A stretch of DNA of 64,000 nt from Acidobacteriota bacterium (GTDB lineage Bacteria; Acidobacteriota; UBA6911; RPQK01; JAJDTT01). A program made the position numbers and the translations under genes. The stretch's first letter is position 1. Each line of letters begins with the position of its first letter. The notes under the pieces were generated by a model, which was not told where the DNA came from, did not search any database, and was given only the letters and a program-made list of their open reading frames with translations. Below are positions 27,330-37,280 of this stretch, one piece after another. The stretch lies in NCBI GenBank assembly GCA_965217775.1, contig CBDCJH010000002.1:320001-384000 (forward strand), written 5' to 3'.

Positions 27330-29153
27330 ATGTACGTTACGACTTTCTACTCATTCAAGGGCGGCGTCGGCCGAACGATGGCCCTGGTCAATGCGGCCGT
27401 CGAACTCACCAAGAGAGGCCGTCGCGTACTTGCGGTGGACTTTGATCTGGAGGCACCTGGGCTCGATACTTTCGACGTAATGCGACCTCGGAATTCTGTC
27501 CCTGGGGTCATCGACTTCGTAAGTGAGTACCTGGCTTCGGGACAAGCACCGGAGGCCAGTAGATTCATCAGCAAAGCCTCTGGAATCACTGACCACGATG
27601 GCAGACTATGGATAATGCCGTCAGGTAGAGACGAGACGTACGCCAAGAATTTCAATCAGATTGACTGGGGGGTGCTGTACGAAAGACATGACGGCTTTCT
27701 CCTATTCGAAGATCTCAAAGCACAATGGAATCGAGTAGTGAATCCGGATTATGTTTTGATTGATTCACGGACGGGACATACCGATACTGGTGGTATCTGT
27801 ACCCGCCAGCTTCCAGATGCCGTAGCGATTCTGTTTTTTCCGAACGAACAAAACCTGCGCGGTTTGACCAAGGTCGTTCGGGATATTCGATCCGAGGCCC
27901 TCGAACCACGCAAAAAACCCATCCAGCTCCATTTCGTGATGTCCAACGTGCCGGACCTGGACGACGAAGACAGGATTCTCAGCGAACAGATCAAAGCTTT
28001 TCAGACGCAACTTGGCTTCAGGACAGATCCGATGGTCGTGCACAGATACGATAGTCTTTCGCTACTGAACCAAGTCGTGTTTGCAAAGGATCGACCGAGA
28101 AGCCGACTTGCAAGGGAATATAGACGGATAGTTCGTGAGATATCGGGGCGCAACTGGGCTGATCGGGACGGCGCCCTGGATTATATCAGTCGTGCAGCGA
28201 AACGCTGGCGGGGGAACGCGGATGAATCGATACAGGCACGAGAAGGCATGCTCGAAAAGATTGAAGATGCTCACTCGAGGGACGGGGAGGTATTGTTCCG
28301 TCTTGGTGAACTAAGGGATAGTGTTCGACAACCGGAATGGGCCGTGTCCTTGTACAATCGAGCGATTGATGCGGGATACGATAGACCTGAGGCCTACTTG
28401 AAACGGGCTCGTATTCGCGCAGAGAATGGCGATCGTGCAGGTGCGTCTGAGGACGCATTGCACGTATTGGAGTTCGATGAAGTGTCACCGCCAATGGTGC
28501 GGGATGCAATCCTGCGGACAGTCTCCCTTACTCCCGCAGAAATTGCCGCCTCAAACGCTGTTACGTCGCTGGATTTGGATGACAAAATTTGGCTTGCAAG
28601 TACATTCGACCGTTCTCCGGCCGAGATACGGATCGCTTTGCCTATTTGGAAACGTATCAATAGCGATAATCTGCCGGCAGAAAAGCTTCAGATGGTAAGA
28701 CACCACTTGGGATTGTCGTATATTGGAATTGGAAGGTGTTCTGATGCTGTAACGGTGCTCCGCCAGGGTGCGCGAAGTTACGGCGATATGGCTATTGCCG
28801 ATGCGTTCGATTGTGCCATGGCGATGTGGGGCGAGTCTGGAACTCCTGACGCTGAGGCGTTCCTACGGGTTGTCGAACTCAATCAGTCGAACTCACAGAA
28901 GCACGAAGGACCGAATTACCTTCAATGCATGGCGATTGCATACTGGGCATCGGGCAATACAGAGATGGCGATCGAGTACGTGGACCGGGCACAACAGGCA
29001 ATACGAACGACCCGTAGAGCGACGGTGTTCAGTTGTTGGTGTTACTGCCGCGTAAATGCAGGCACTTTCGTGGCTGATCTGGATGCAATTCGCACATTGA
29101 TCGATGGCGAGACGTCACTGATGCCCCGATTCATGGCTGCATCCGAGAAGTGA
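27330..29153 (+). CDS. ParA/MinD-like ATPase (KGGVGR variant) with C-terminal TPR-like repeats
   Basis: TFYSFKGGVGRTMAL, VDFDLEAPGL, DYVLIDSRTG; helical repeats (EAYLKRARIRAENGD, LGLSYIGIG, MAIAYWASGNTEMAIEY). Confidence 0.85.
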   Translation: MYVTTFYSFKGGVGRTMALVNAAVELTKRGRRVLAVDFDLEAPGLDTFDVMRPRNSVPGVIDFVSEYLASGQAPEASRFISKASGITDHDGRLWIMPSGRDETYAKNFNQIDWGVLYERHDGFLLFEDLKAQWNRVVNPDYVLIDSRTGHTDTGGICTRQLPDAVAILFFPNEQNLRGLTKVVRDIRSEALEPRKKPIQLHFVMSNVPDLDDEDRILSEQIKAFQTQLGFRTDPMVVHRYDSLSLLNQVVFAKDRPRSRLAREYRRIVREISGRNWADRDGALDYISRAAKRWRGNADESIQAREGMLEKIEDAHSRDGEVLFRLGELRDSVRQPEWAVSLYNRAIDAGYDRPEAYLKRARIRAENGDRAGASEDALHVLEFDEVSPPMVRDAILRTVSLTPAEIAASNAVTSLDLDDKIWLASTFDRSPAEIRIALPIWKRINSDNLPAEKLQMVRHHLGLSYIGIGRCSDAVTVLRQGARSYGDMAIADAFDCAMAMWGESGTPDAEAFLRVVELNQSNSQKHEGPNYLQCMAIAYWASGNTEMAIEYVDRAQQAIRTTRRATVFSCWCYCRVNAGTFVADLDAIRTLIDGETSLMPRFMAASEK

Positions 29154-29196
29154 GCACCGAAACGCGACGTGAAGGATGAGCGGAACGAACAAGAAA

Positions 29197-29282
29197 TCAG
29201 AGCATCGGGCAAGGGCTACCAGACACGGATCAACCGTGTGCTGGAAAGTTACGTGCGGGCACAGAGAGAGCCCAGATAGCAT
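29197..29282 (+). repeat. Direct repeat A copy 2 (orphan brnA 3' end)
   Basis: Encodes RASGKGYQTRINRVLESYVRAQREPR*, identical to the BrnA C-terminus. Confidence 0.9.
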
Positions 29283-29362
29283 TGTTCGACGCGCTGTGGC
29301 CGGTCCGAGTAGGTCGGGCCACGACGCCGCGTGAGGCGTCTCCGTGGCTTCGCCGTCCCAGG

Positions 29363-30763
29363 TCACGCTTCCGCAAAGTAGAGGACTCTGGACCCGGAGG
29401 GCAGCTCCTGGCGCCGGTGGACCCGGAAGCACTTCCCCAGGCAATCCTCGAAGTAGTCCATCCGGTAGTCGGTGTACTGGTCTTCCTTGTTCCGCAGCAG
29501 CATCTTGACCATGGGGTCGTCCCGCCGCACGAATTCGATGACCAGAGAGCCGCCCAGCCCCGAGAGCCATTCCACGAACTCGGCCAGGGGGATGTTGGCG
29601 TCGATGACCATGTGGTGAATCAGCGCCAGGCAGAGGATCAATTCAGGGGATCCTCGCCGGGTCAGGGAGGTCCGCTCGCGGCAGCGCCACCCCAGTGACG
29701 GCGAGGGGTCGGCCAAGTTGACCACCAGCGGCAGTATGTTCTCGGGGCCCTCACGCTCCAGGGTGCGGTAGAGGAGGTCCACGGCGGCCGAGTCTTGCTC
29801 CATGGCCAGGACGTACTCGGAGCCGGCAGCGGCCAGACGCGAGTAGTCACCCGTGTTGGCCCCCAGGTCCCAGGCCGTCTTCCATCGCTTACGACCCACT
29901 GCCCAGCGAACGAATTCCCGTTTGGCGTCCCGGTCGGGCCCGGAATAGGTGTTGTCTCCGGCGTATCCGGTCCAATGGGAGGCGGAAGGCGTCCATCTCA
30001 GTCGTGAAACCAGCCGGGTCAGGCGGCTGACATTGGAGAGAATCGCCTTCCGGTTGAAGCCGGCGTCCTTGAGCAACTGGCTCGTACTCTCTTTACGGGC
30101 ACCGTATTTTTCCTGGAAACGGCTCTGGAGCCAGACATGGAGGAGGACTCCGGAGCGGAACAGATCCCGGCCCGAAAGCAGGTCGCGGCATTCCCGGGGA
30201 GAGATTCCTTCCAGACTTCCTCTCAGCCACGGTTGGAACGGGAGATTTCGATAGGCCTGCAACATCAGCGGGTACAAGAAGAGACTGCAGAACTGCCGGT
30301 AACCGGTCCAGGCGCCCCCCGGGGGCAAGGGCTCAAAGGAAGGAATGTCGATGAAGACGGGCCGGATCCCGTTCCATTGAACGTTGTACGGGGTGGCGTC
30401 CTTGAGGATCATCCCTTCGGCCAGGGACTCGGAAACAAGGCGCAGTTGCAGCAGGGCCGCGTCCTGCAGCATTTGGAACGACCACTCGTAGGGATAGGAG
30501 ACGTAGGGGATGGTCTCGTGGCGCAAAATGCCCGCCCAGTCTCCGGGCAGCGCTTTCGAGGACGCCAACCCGGCGGCGTCCGCCAGACCGGTCTTGACGA
30601 TCAGACCCTCCTCCACCAGTCGGGGAAAGAATCGGGTCTTCTCCAGTGTGTGCCAAGCCGTAAGGGAATGACGGCTGAGGGCGCGGTAGACGGCGCCGTC
30701 CTTGTAGAAGACGCGGCCGTGGCGATCGCGGAACGATCCGGGCTCGCTTCGAATTTCAGACAT
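29363..30763 (-). CDS. NoeA-like class I SAM-dependent methyltransferase
   Basis: SFRD..G, SYPYEWSF, LKDATPYNVQ (kinase-like N-terminus), WDLGANTG, LALIHH. Confidence 0.85.
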   Translation of the reverse strand: MSEIRSEPGSFRDRHGRVFYKDGAVYRALSRHSLTAWHTLEKTRFFPRLVEEGLIVKTGLADAAGLASSKALPGDWAGILRHETIPYVSYPYEWSFQMLQDAALLQLRLVSESLAEGMILKDATPYNVQWNGIRPVFIDIPSFEPLPPGGAWTGYRQFCSLFLYPLMLQAYRNLPFQPWLRGSLEGISPRECRDLLSGRDLFRSGVLLHVWLQSRFQEKYGARKESTSQLLKDAGFNRKAILSNVSRLTRLVSRLRWTPSASHWTGYAGDNTYSGPDRDAKREFVRWAVGRKRWKTAWDLGANTGDYSRLAAAGSEYVLAMEQDSAAVDLLYRTLEREGPENILPLVVNLADPSPSLGWRCRERTSLTRRGSPELILCLALIHHMVIDANIPLAEFVEWLSGLGGSLVIEFVRRDDPMVKMLLRNKEDQYTDYRMDYFEDCLGKCFRVHRRQELPSGSRVLYFAEA

Positions 30764-30806
30764 GGCAAGGGAACATTGGGCGTCAGACCGGAGGTGCCGG
30801 AAGCCG

Positions 30807-31004
30807 TTATTTCTGCTTCCGGTCGGCCTTCTGCAGGGAAGCCGCGTTCCTTTGCGGGGAGCCGGACCGGATTCCCAAGGCCGAGACGATCCGCTGCCAG
30901 AGGAGTTTGCCCAACACGGCCACCCCCGCGATGCCTCCTAACAGCAGTTGAAGAAAGAGACTCCCCGATCCGGGGTCGAGATAGGCCAGAGGTGTCCAGA
31001 TCAT
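30807..31004 (-). CDS. Small membrane protein (AYLDPGSGS motif)
   Basis: MIWTPLAYLDPGSGSLFLQLLLGGIAG followed by a basic tail; lies directly upstream of the NoeA-like gene. Confidence 0.7.
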   Translation of the reverse strand: MIWTPLAYLDPGSGSLFLQLLLGGIAGVAVLGKLLWQRIVSALGIRSGSPQRNAASLQKADRKQK

Positions 31005-31194
31005 GATCTTGCCCTGTGCCCGACCGTCCAACTGGTTCCGGGCAAATTGCCGATTCGCGCGATTGTAGCAGAGGGCGAAGAGAAAATGAGGAAAGAGTAA
31101 AGAGGAAATAGGGACAGCATGGCTCTCCGGCCGGTGGCCGGGTGGGTCAGGCGCCACGGCGAGTTTCGGCATGGGCTGCTAAAATACGTTCGTC

Positions 31195-32277
31195 ATGGAG
31201 ACGCCTGAGAGCATCTTGGACAGGGTGTATCGGGGAAAGCGGCTGGAGCCGTCCGACGCTCTCGTTCTGTTGAAGTCCGGTGAACTTCAGCAGTTGGGTC
31301 AGGCCGCCGACTGGATGCGCCGCCGGCTTCATCCGGACGGGGTGGTCTCCTTCCTGGTGGACCGGAACATCAACTACACCAATGTCTGCGTCGCCCGTTG
31401 CACCTTCTGCAACTTCTACCGGCGGCCCGGTCACGACCAGGGCTATGTCCTGTCCAATGAGACCATCTTCAGGAAGATCGAGGAGACCCTGGCGCTCGGC
31501 GGGACCGGAATCTTGATGCAGGGGGGCATGCACCCTGAACTCAAGATCGACTACTACGAGGAACTGCTCGGCTCCATTCGGGAACGCTACCCTGCCATCC
31601 ACCTGCACTGCTTTTCGCCACCGGAGATCGTCGTCCTGGCCCGGCTCAGCCGGCTCTCGCTCCGGGAGTCGATTCAAAGGCTGAAGGCGGCGGGACTCCA
31701 ATCCATACCAGGCGGCGGCGCGGAGATCCTGACCGAGAGGATGCGCCGGGATATCAGTCCCGGCAAGTGTACCGCCCGGCAGTGGTTGGAGGTGATGCGC
31801 ATCGGCCACGACGAGGGCCTGCCCACCACCGCCACCATGATGATCGGAAGTGGCGAAAGCTTCCAAGAGCGGATCGAACATCTGGAGGCCATCCGCAGTC
31901 TTCAGGATGAGACCGGAGGGTTCGTGGCCTTCATCCCTTGGAACGTCCAACTGGACGGGACCCCCATGCAGGAGTCCATCCGGCGGGAGGTTCCGGCGGT
32001 GGAGTACCTCACTCTGCTGGCGGTTGCGCGGATCTATCTGGACAACGTCCTCAACCTTCAGGTCTCCTGGTTGACCCAGGGACTGCAGGTGGGCCAGATT
32101 GCGCTCCACTTCGGCGCCAATGACGTGGGCAGCATCATGATCGAGGAGAACGTGATCAGTACTGCCGGCGCCCACAACTCGGCACGGCGCTCGGACCTGA
32201 TTCAGTTGATCCTCGACGCCGGCTTCATTCCCGCTCAGAGAAACTCCGTCTACAGCTCCTTCAAGAAAATCGCCTGA
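31195..32277 (+). CDS. mqnC: Cyclic dehypoxanthinyl futalosine synthase (radical SAM)
   Basis: VDRNINYTNVCVARCTFCNFYR, LMQGG.HP, IPGGGAEIL, SWLTQG, FGANDVGSIMIEENV. Confidence 0.88.
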   Translation: METPESILDRVYRGKRLEPSDALVLLKSGELQQLGQAADWMRRRLHPDGVVSFLVDRNINYTNVCVARCTFCNFYRRPGHDQGYVLSNETIFRKIEETLALGGTGILMQGGMHPELKIDYYEELLGSIRERYPAIHLHCFSPPEIVVLARLSRLSLRESIQRLKAAGLQSIPGGGAEILTERMRRDISPGKCTARQWLEVMRIGHDEGLPTTATMMIGSGESFQERIEHLEAIRSLQDETGGFVAFIPWNVQLDGTPMQESIRREVPAVEYLTLLAVARIYLDNVLNLQVSWLTQGLQVGQIALHFGANDVGSIMIEENVISTAGAHNSARRSDLIQLILDAGFIPAQRNSVYSSFKKIA

Positions 32278-32313
32278 TTCCGGGCGCCCGCCCGGCTGCT
32301 CACTCCCGTCACC

Positions 32314-32349
32314 TTGACTCCGGGGGCAAATTGTGAATAAAATTGCATT
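32314..32349 (+). promoter_or_regulatory. arg operon promoter with ARG box
   Basis: TTGACT (-35, 32314) and TAAAAT (-10, 32338) overlapped by TGTGAATAAAATTGCATT (32332-32349), which matches the ARG-box consensus. Confidence 0.75.
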
Positions 32350-32359
32350 CTCCCTGGAA

Positions 32360-32799
32360 ATGAATAAAAAACTGAGACAGGATGCCATCGTCCGAATCCT
32401 GGAAACCGAGACCGTTTCCAGTCAGAAGTCTTTGAGAAAGGTGTTAATGGTTAAGGGGTTGAGTGTGACCCAGGCCACGCTCTCCAGGGATCTGAAGGAA
32501 CTGGGCGTGATCAAGACTGTTGATGACGAGGGTGGGTATAAATATGCGTTCCGGGAGAATCGACGCGCCCCGCTCTTTCGGAGTTGCGAGGTCAGCGGCA
32601 ATCTCCTCGTGGTGCGTACGGATGCCGGGATGGCTCCGGCAGTCGCCTACCGGATCGACGGGATGGGTCTGACGGGGGTCCTGGGCACCGTGGCTGGGGA
32701 GGACACTCTCCTGGCCGTCGTCGCCGACGGCCACGACGCCCGTCAGGTGAAGCGCGAGCTGGGAGCTCGGGGTGGAGGTCCCGGCTGGCGGCGAGACCG

Positions 32800-32803
<4 letters not shown>
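32360..32803 (+). CDS. argR: Arginine repressor
   Basis: VTQATLSRDLKELG, VLGTVAGEDT. Confidence 0.92.
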
Positions 32804-34083
<1,280 letters not shown>

Positions 34084-34106
34084 GGATCGGAGGAAGAGGG
34101 AACACC

Positions 34107-35522
34107 ATGACCCGATCCCCTTGGGCAGGCCGTTTTACGGAAGATCCGGACCAGGCGGTCCAGGACTACACCCGGTCTCTCCATGTGGACCGGCGACTGG
34201 CCCGCTACGACATCCAGGGCAGCCGGGCCCACGTCAGGATGCTGTTCCGGCAGGGAATTCTCAGCCGCCGGGACCGGGACCGGATCCTGCAGGGACTGGA
34301 CCAGGTTCAGGAGGAGATCCGCTCCGGACGGTTTCCATACCGGGACGAATTGGAAGACATCCACATGAACATCGAGGTCCGCCTGTGTGAGTTGGTGGGC
34401 GAGGAGGGGCGCCGGCTGCACACGGGGCGAAGCCGCAACGACCAGGTGGCCGTGGATCTGAAGCTGTTCTGCCTGGACGCGGCGCTGGGATGGCAGGAGA
34501 TGATCCGGCGGGCTCAAGAGACACTCCTGTCCCGGACCCGGAAGCTGAAGCGGGAACTCTTTCCGGGTTGGACCCACCTCCAGGCGGCCCAGCCCATCTC
34601 CTGGGCCCACTACCTGCTGGCCTATTGCGAGATGTTCGAGCGGGACCACGAGAGGCTGGCCGGCTACCGGCGCCTCCACAGCGTCAGCCCCCTGGGCGCC
34701 GGCGCCCTGGCCGGCAGCACCTTGCCGCTGGACCCGGGCCAGACCGCCCGGGAGCTGGGATTCGCCTCCAGCTTCGAGAACAGCTACGACGCGGTGGGAG
34801 ACCGCGATTTCCTGCTGGAGCTACTGCAGATCGCCACCCAGATCATGCTCCACGCCAGCCGCATGGCCGAGGACCTGATCTATTTCTCCAGCACACCGGT
34901 GGGGTGGGTAGAGCTTCCCGAGTCCCTTTGCACCGGCAGCAGCATGATGCCTCAGAAGAAGAACCCGGATCTACTGGAGCTATGCCGGGGAAAGACGGCC
35001 TCGGTCCTGGGGCACGCGACGGCTCTGGCGACGCTTCTGAAGGGTCTGCCCAGTTCCTACCATCGCGATCTGCAGCAGGACAAGGAACACCTTTTTCCCG
35101 CCGTGGACACGGTAGGAGAGACGCTGGAGATATTGCGGCTGGTGGTGAGCCGGATGCGGGTGGTATCGAGTCGAATCGGACCGGCGCTGGAGCGAGGGTT
35201 CCTCACGGCCACCGACTTGGCGGAACACCTGGTTTCCCGAGGGGTTCCATTCCGAACCGCACACGAACAAGTGGGGCGGCTGGTGGCTTACTGCGTGAAG
35301 CATGAACTGACGTTACGGCAACTCTCCCTGCAGGAGATCCGCGAGCTGGCGCCCCAGTGCGGTTCGGATGTCCAGGGGGTGTTGAAGCCCGAGGGCGCTC
35401 TCGATCACAAGTTTCACTCGGGGAGCACCGGACTGGCCTCCATTCGCCAACAGGTCGCCCGCTGGGAGGACCGGCTCCGGACCCACGGGAACGGAAGCAT
35501 TCCAAGGGAGGAACAGCCATGA
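34107..35522 (+). CDS. argH: Argininosuccinate lyase
   Basis: EDIHMNIE, HTGRSRNDQ, TGSSMMPQKKNPD. Confidence 0.96.
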   Translation: MTRSPWAGRFTEDPDQAVQDYTRSLHVDRRLARYDIQGSRAHVRMLFRQGILSRRDRDRILQGLDQVQEEIRSGRFPYRDELEDIHMNIEVRLCELVGEEGRRLHTGRSRNDQVAVDLKLFCLDAALGWQEMIRRAQETLLSRTRKLKRELFPGWTHLQAAQPISWAHYLLAYCEMFERDHERLAGYRRLHSVSPLGAGALAGSTLPLDPGQTARELGFASSFENSYDAVGDRDFLLELLQIATQIMLHASRMAEDLIYFSSTPVGWVELPESLCTGSSMMPQKKNPDLLELCRGKTASVLGHATALATLLKGLPSSYHRDLQQDKEHLFPAVDTVGETLEILRLVVSRMRVVSSRIGPALERGFLTATDLAEHLVSRGVPFRTAHEQVGRLVAYCVKHELTLRQLSLQEIRELAPQCGSDVQGVLKPEGALDHKFHSGSTGLASIRQQVARWEDRLRTHGNGSIPREEQP

Positions 35523-36478
35523 GGGACTTCATCTCTCTGGCGGACCTGAGCCCCAGGCAGTGGACCCAACTTCTGCATCTGAGCCGGGAGGTCAAGTCGC
35601 GCCCGTCCAATTTCAGGCGTATGATTCCGGGAAAGAGCATCGTCCTGATCTTCGAGAAGCCGTCGCTGCGAACCCGGCTGACCTTCGAGCTCGGCATCCA
35701 GCAATTGGGAGGCGATGCCGTCTATCTCGACTATCAGGAGGCCAATCTGGGAGAGCGGGAAGCCCTGCGGGACGTGGCCAAGAACCTGGAGCGATGGTTC
35801 GACTGCATGGTGGCCCGCACCTTCTCCCACCAGGTGCTGATCCAGCTCTCGGAGTATGCCCGTTGCTCGGTGATCAACGCCCTCACCGACGAGGAACATC
35901 CGTGTCAGGCCTTGGCCGACATCTTCACCCTGATGGAGAAGTGGTCGAGCGTGGAAGGCCGGACACTGGCCTACATCGGAGACGGGAACAACGTCTGCGC
36001 GTCCCTGATTCATGCAGCCGCCCTCTCGGGCATGTGCTTTACGGCCGTCACTCCCCGGAACCGGCAGCCCTATGCGGGTTGGGAAGAGGATTTTCGGAAA
36101 CTGTCCACCAACGCTCGCGCCACCTGCCGATGGAGCGATGCCCCGGACCATATCCGGGGAGCCGATGCCGTCTATACCGACACCTGGGTCAGCATGGGCC
36201 AGGAAGGCGAGGCTCAGGAGAGGCTGGCCGAATTCCGGCCCTATCAGGTGACCCCCGAATTGATGGCGCGGACCGGCAAGGATTCCTTCTTCATGCACTG
36301 CCTTCCGGCACACCGGAATCAGGAGGTGACCGACGCGGTCATCGACGCTCCCTATTCGCTGGTGTTCGAGCAGGCGGAGAACCGGCTCCATGTCCAGAAG
36401 GCGCTGCTGATGTGGCTGCTGGCCCCCAAAGAGGTGGACCGGTACCTGCACCTGGAGAAATGGGCGGCCTGGAAATAA
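35519..36478 (+). CDS. argF: Ornithine carbamoyltransferase
   Basis: FEKPSLRT, HPCQALAD, YTDTWVSMG, MHCLPAHR, QAENR. Confidence 0.95.
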   Translation: MRDFISLADLSPRQWTQLLHLSREVKSRPSNFRRMIPGKSIVLIFEKPSLRTRLTFELGIQQLGGDAVYLDYQEANLGEREALRDVAKNLERWFDCMVARTFSHQVLIQLSEYARCSVINALTDEEHPCQALADIFTLMEKWSSVEGRTLAYIGDGNNVCASLIHAAALSGMCFTAVTPRNRQPYAGWEEDFRKLSTNARATCRWSDAPDHIRGADAVYTDTWVSMGQEGEAQERLAEFRPYQVTPELMARTGKDSFFMHCLPAHRNQEVTDAVIDAPYSLVFEQAENRLHVQKALLMWLLAPKEVDRYLHLEKWAAWK

Positions 36479-36502
36479 CTTCGAGGGAATCGCCTGAAAG
36501 GA

Positions 36503-37219
36503 GTGAAGTCAGTGAACGATATTGAGACCGGTTCGTCCAATCCCGAGCCGATGCCGCTTCTTCAGCGCGTCACCGGCGTGTTCCACCAGCCACGGGCCGT
36601 GATGGCCGCGGTGGCCGAAAATCCCACTTGGATGGCACCTTTGCTACTGCTGTTGGCGTTGGGAGTGTTGACCGCATTCCTGATCCCCGAGGAGGTCGTG
36701 GAACAGTCGACTCGCAAGATGCTCTCCAAGTTGCCGGGGGGTGGCGCGGCCGCTGCTGAACTGGACTCTCACGACTTCAGCCCGACCAGCGTGACGAACC
36801 TCCTTTCCGGGGCCGTTGGAATGACTGTCGTCGTGTTGCTCACAGCTCTTTGGGCCCTGCTCCTGTTTCGAGGCATATTGGGGGGCGAAGGCCGTTTCAA
36901 ACAATATTTTTCTATGGTTCTGATCGCCGGCTTCATCGTCTACGCCGGTGGACTGGTCAGTATTCCGCTGCAGATTCGATCGAACGATCTCTTTGCGACC
37001 CTCAGCGTGGGAACGCTTCTGCCATTCCTGGACGAGGGATTCTTTCGGACCTGGATGAACGCGATCGGCCTCTTCACCATCTGGCAGTCCATCGTTCTGG
37101 GCATCGGCGCCACCTGCATCGACAAGGATCTGGGCCGGGTCGTCGCCACCTTGGCCTTTCTGCTTCCTTCCATCGCCATCGCCATGGTGGGTTCCGCCGT
37201 GTGGCAGATATTTTCGTAG
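36503..37219 (+). CDS. Yip1-family membrane protein
   Basis: GVFHQPRAV..PTWMAPL N-terminus; about 5 TM segments. Confidence 0.7.
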   Translation: MKSVNDIETGSSNPEPMPLLQRVTGVFHQPRAVMAAVAENPTWMAPLLLLLALGVLTAFLIPEEVVEQSTRKMLSKLPGGGAAAAELDSHDFSPTSVTNLLSGAVGMTVVVLLTALWALLLFRGILGGEGRFKQYFSMVLIAGFIVYAGGLVSIPLQIRSNDLFATLSVGTLLPFLDEGFFRTWMNAIGLFTIWQSIVLGIGATCIDKDLGRVVATLAFLLPSIAIAMVGSAVWQIFS

Positions 37220-37280
37220 CGGATTGTAGGCCGTCGTCTAACGGTGCACCGGCAAAGGATCGCCCCGGCACTCTCCGAAT

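Noticed and set aside
25822-29582. Diversity-generating retroelement TR/VR pair
   Set aside because: Mismatches are not confined to adenines on either strand, there is no reverse transcriptase in the window, and the duplication extends into brnA.
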